From: Bryobacterales bacterium
Lineage (GTDB): Bacteria > Acidobacteriota > Terriglobia > Bryobacterales > UBA6623
Length of the DNA: 64,000 nt
Reading direction: 5' to 3'
Assembly: GCA_963422375.2 (NCBI GenBank)
Contig: OY729428.2
Span: 3,200,001-3,264,000, forward strand
Each line of letters starts with the position of its first letter. Positions within the stretch are counted from its first letter, which is position 1. A program made the position numbers and the translations under genes. The notes beneath the pieces were generated by a model. The model did no database searches and was not told where the DNA came from. It saw nothing but the letters and a program-made list of their open reading frames with translations. Positions 61,051 to 64,000 of the stretch are shown here, piece by piece.

Positions 61051-63362
61051 CTTGACCTCCTCATTTGAAACTGCTGGCTGCGGACGATCCCGGTCGCGAT
61101 CGCCGAGAAGGCGTATCCGCTCCCTCGTGCGTCCCGCACGATCTTGCGGACAGCCGGTGCGTCGTGATGCTCGACAACCCTGCCGAGGGCGTAGGTCAGG
61201 AGCTTTTCCGTCAGCGTTCCCACAAACAGGTCGGCTCGCTCCAGCAGTGCCTGCTCGAGCCCGGAGACGCCCTCGAAAGAATAGCCTCCGGGAAACCCGC
61301 CGACCGCGTCGATCGGCTGCTCGGATTCCAAGTCGCGCCAGCGGCCCACGGCGTCGTAGTTCTCGAGCGCGAACCCGACTGGATCCATCAGAGCGTGGCA
61401 GCCGGAGCAGGCCGGGTCGGCGCGGTGCGCCGCGAGGCGCTCCCGGACCGAGAGATTCCCGTCGATGGTCTGCTCATCGAGCGCGGGCACGTCTGACGGA
61501 GGCGGGGGTGGGGGAACGCCGAGCAGGTTCTCCAGCACCCAGTGGCCGCGAATCACGGGCGAGGTGCGCGTGCTGTACGAGGTCACGGCCAGCACGGAGG
61601 CGTGCCGCAGCAGCCCGCCCCTGCGACTGTCGCTGTCCAAGCTGACGCGCCGGAACCGGCTCCCGTAGACGTGAGGGATCCCGTAGTGCTTGGCGAGGCG
61701 CTCGTTCAGGAACGTGAAATCGGAGACGATGAGGTCCAGGACGCTGCGGTCTTCCGCGATGACACTCTCGAGCAGCAGCTCGGTCTCGCGCCTCATCGCC
61801 TGCCGCAGGTTGTCGTCGAAGCTCGGGAAGAGGCGCATGTCCGGCTTGAACGACTCGAGATTCCTCAGGTGCAGCCACTGTGCTGCGAAGTTCGTCAGCA
61901 AGGCGCGCGACCGCCCGTCGGCGAGCATGCGGCGGACTTGGCCTTCCAGCACGCCGGGCCCGCGGAGATCCCCGTGAATCGCAAGGTCCAGGAGTTCGTC
62001 ATCGGGGATGCTGCTCCACAGGAAGAAGGAAAGGCGCGACGCCAGTTCCGCGTCGCTGACGCGATACGGCGTGTTGGCGGGGAGGCCGGCAGGCTCGCGC
62101 TCCACCCGGAACAGGAAGTCGGGACTGACGAGGATCGACGCGAGAGCCATTTCGATGCCGGCTTCGAAGCCGTCATCGTCCCGCCCGCGCCTGTAGAACT
62201 CCAACGGACTCTCGAAGTCGGCTTCAACTGGCTCGCGCCGGTATGCCCTGCGCATCAGGGCGCCTAGGATCTGCCGCACGCATGCCTCGTGGCCGTAGCC
62301 GACCTGCGGCCGGCAGGTGAAGATCCGCCGGCGGCTCGGCGTGTCCCCGGGCCCCGTGGCGTCGTACGGACCCAGGATCGAAATCTCGTGGACAGCCGGC
62401 TGCACTCGCGGGTGGCGGTAGACGTTGAAGTGCGCCTGGTACGGCTCACGGTCCGTCTCGAGCACGCCCCATGGCTGCTTCGGGAACGTGACGCCGATCC
62501 GATGGGGGCCGGCCGAGACGGGCAAGCGCACGCGCAGGTGCTGGTCGACCTTCGCGTGATTGCCGACGTGCCGCGGAGGCCTGACCTCAAAGGAGCCCAC
62601 CAGCCGCCTGTCCAAGAGGATTTCCACCCGGTGGGGCACGCGCAAGCCTTCCACCACCTCGTCGCGGTCGCGCATCAGCCGGACCGAGATCTCGTATTCC
62701 GCGTCAAGCGGGAAGTTGTGACGGAATAGCGTCCCGCCCCGTGTGCCGAGGGGGAGACCGTCGACATGCCACTCCTGGGTGACGTCCGGCTTGATCTTGA
62801 CGGTCGCGGCTACCAGAGAATGCACGGGCCGCCCCACTGCCAGTCGCGAGATCCTGTCTGCCGCCGAGACATAGCTCTCGAGCAGCAGGGGGGGCAGATC
62901 GCCGACGGTGATGTTGTCGAATCCGGAGCTCGACTCGTCTCGCGGCAGGACGGAGGAGAGATCGACCTCGAGGGCAAGCAGGTCGCGGATTGCATTCCTG
63001 TACTCGGTTCTGGTGAGCCGCCGGAACGTGTCCGTGCGGCCGGGGTCGGGTCGCGCCGCAGCGGCCCGATCAAGCTGGGATTCCAGCGAGGCCAGCACCT
63101 TCTCGTACACCGCCTCGTCCGGTCGCGGCACTCCTACGGGAGGCATCTGGCGCCCGCGCAGCTTTCGGACGACCCTCTCCCAGACCGCGGTGTTCTCTGC
63201 GACGGATCCAGCGCTCGCCTCGTCAAGGGCAAGGCCGGCCGTCTTCTGGCTCGCGTTGTGGCAACCTTGGCAATACTGCCCGACGAGGCGCTTGTGCGGG
63301 GCTTCCGGAACGGTCGCCGCCAAGCAGGGCAGGATACACGAAACCACGATGGCGACGACCAC
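61047..63362 (-). CDS. DUF1592-family multi-domain cytochrome c-type protein
   Basis: YCQGCH, MPP, RRLTRTEYRNAIRDLL, GFDN, ELASRLSFFLWSSIPD, TSPVIRG.W and CSGCH..MDPVGFALENYD; 4-bp overlap with the DUF1552 start. Confidence 0.92.
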   Translation of the reverse strand: MVVAIVVSCILPCLAATVPEAPHKRLVGQYCQGCHNASQKTAGLALDEASAGSVAENTAVWERVVRKLRGRQMPPVGVPRPDEAVYEKVLASLESQLDRAAAARPDPGRTDTFRRLTRTEYRNAIRDLLALEVDLSSVLPRDESSSGFDNITVGDLPPLLLESYVSAADRISRLAVGRPVHSLVAATVKIKPDVTQEWHVDGLPLGTRGGTLFRHNFPLDAEYEISVRLMRDRDEVVEGLRVPHRVEILLDRRLVGSFEVRPPRHVGNHAKVDQHLRVRLPVSAGPHRIGVTFPKQPWGVLETDREPYQAHFNVYRHPRVQPAVHEISILGPYDATGPGDTPSRRRIFTCRPQVGYGHEACVRQILGALMRRAYRREPVEADFESPLEFYRRGRDDDGFEAGIEMALASILVSPDFLFRVEREPAGLPANTPYRVSDAELASRLSFFLWSSIPDDELLDLAIHGDLRGPGVLEGQVRRMLADGRSRALLTNFAAQWLHLRNLESFKPDMRLFPSFDDNLRQAMRRETELLLESVIAEDRSVLDLIVSDFTFLNERLAKHYGIPHVYGSRFRRVSLDSDSRRGGLLRHASVLAVTSYSTRTSPVIRGHWVLENLLGVPPPPPPSDVPALDEQTIDGNLSVRERLAAHRADPACSGCHALMDPVGFALENYDAVGRWRDLESEQPIDAVGGFPGGYSFEGVSGLEQALLERADLFVGTLTEKLLTYALGRVVEHHDAPAVRKIVRDARGSGYAFSAIATGIVRSQQFQMRRSR

Positions 63363-63661
63363 GATGGCCGGCCAAGCACCATGCGACAGCGACCGCGTGC
63401 AATGTCGCGTCTACCTAACCCTCCGCAGCGCTAGGATAGCAGAGCCACATCACGAATCGAAGTCAAGGCACGGGACAAACCGCGGAGGGACCCAGAGGTT
63501 CAGGTGATTGCCGTGTCGCAGGGGGCCCGCCGATGCCTTGAGGGCGGGATCCGTCTTGGCCGCAAGCGTTCGCACTGCACCGAGACTGAGGGGCGGAGGA
63601 CTCCTGCGCGGCCTTGGAGCGAACGGAGCGCACGCATTGCATCAATCCGGCACCGCTGATG

Positions 63662-64000
63662 CAGCGATTCTCAATTTGGGCATTTTGGGATTTCCAGAGT
63701 GTCTGAGAAAGGTGTCGCAGGCAGTCTGGCACTTGACTTTTGCTTGCGGAATTTGTGAGCTAGGGTGCATGCCCCATGTCCTGGACTCGCTGCCGAGCGC
63801 CTTCCGCGAGACGGCCGCCGGCCTGCCCGACCGGCGCGAGGGTCGCCGCAACAAGCGCTACGAGGTCAGCGACGCCGCCGGCTGCGCCCCGGCCTGCTTC
63901 TTCACCCGGTGCGAGTCGTTCCTCGCGTTCCAGCGGCGCATGGAGCGGGACGGCTCGCGCTTCAACTGCCGGACCCTGTTCGGCGCGGGCCGCATCCCCT
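63662..64000 (+). mobile_element. ISNCY-type element, copy 3: left end and transposase start, running off the window
   Basis: CAGCGATTCTCAATTTGG TIR at 63662; near-identical to 44921 onward. The frame from ATG 63769 stays open to the window edge. Confidence 0.9.

Noticed and set aside
1..64000. CRISPR array, tRNA, rRNA or prophage
   Set aside because: No regularly spaced direct repeats, cloverleaf motifs, rRNA signatures or phage structural genes were seen by eye.

Overview
GC-rich bacterial DNA. The gene content (Oar-type TonB receptor, CRTAC1/ASPIC-UnbV protein, DUF1592/DUF1552 and PSD1/DUF1501 pairs, sulfatases, ankyrin and TPR proteins) suggests Acidobacteriota, probably Bryobacterales-like; this is an inference. 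In order along the window: a PepSY-TM gene; a decayed nucleotidyltransferase/small-partner pair; a minus-strand cusCBA-type Cu(I)/Ag(I) efflux operon ending in a translationally coupled secreted protein with an internal tandem repeat; a DAACS-family symporter; an exported hydrolase cluster (2 sulfatases, 2 PHP-type CehA/McbA-like metallohydrolases, a VCBS lipoprotein); a DUF1156 DNA-methylase pseudogene split by about 5.9 kb of mobile DNA, including a three-level nest (ISNCY > IS1595 > IS5/IS1182-like), a group II intron RT remnant and an IS1634 remnant; a TBDR / CRTAC1 / heptaheme cytochrome / TPR module; glpK, an enolase-superfamily gene and qor; further IS relics, two carrying DUF4338; and three uncharacterised cytochrome c + metalloenzyme gene pairs. 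No rRNA, tRNA or CRISPR array was seen. Family assignments come from motif recognition by eye, with no database searches. The best-supported structural observations are the nested IS stack, an apparent A:T->G:C drift in dead IS copies, and the extra gene coupled to cusA.
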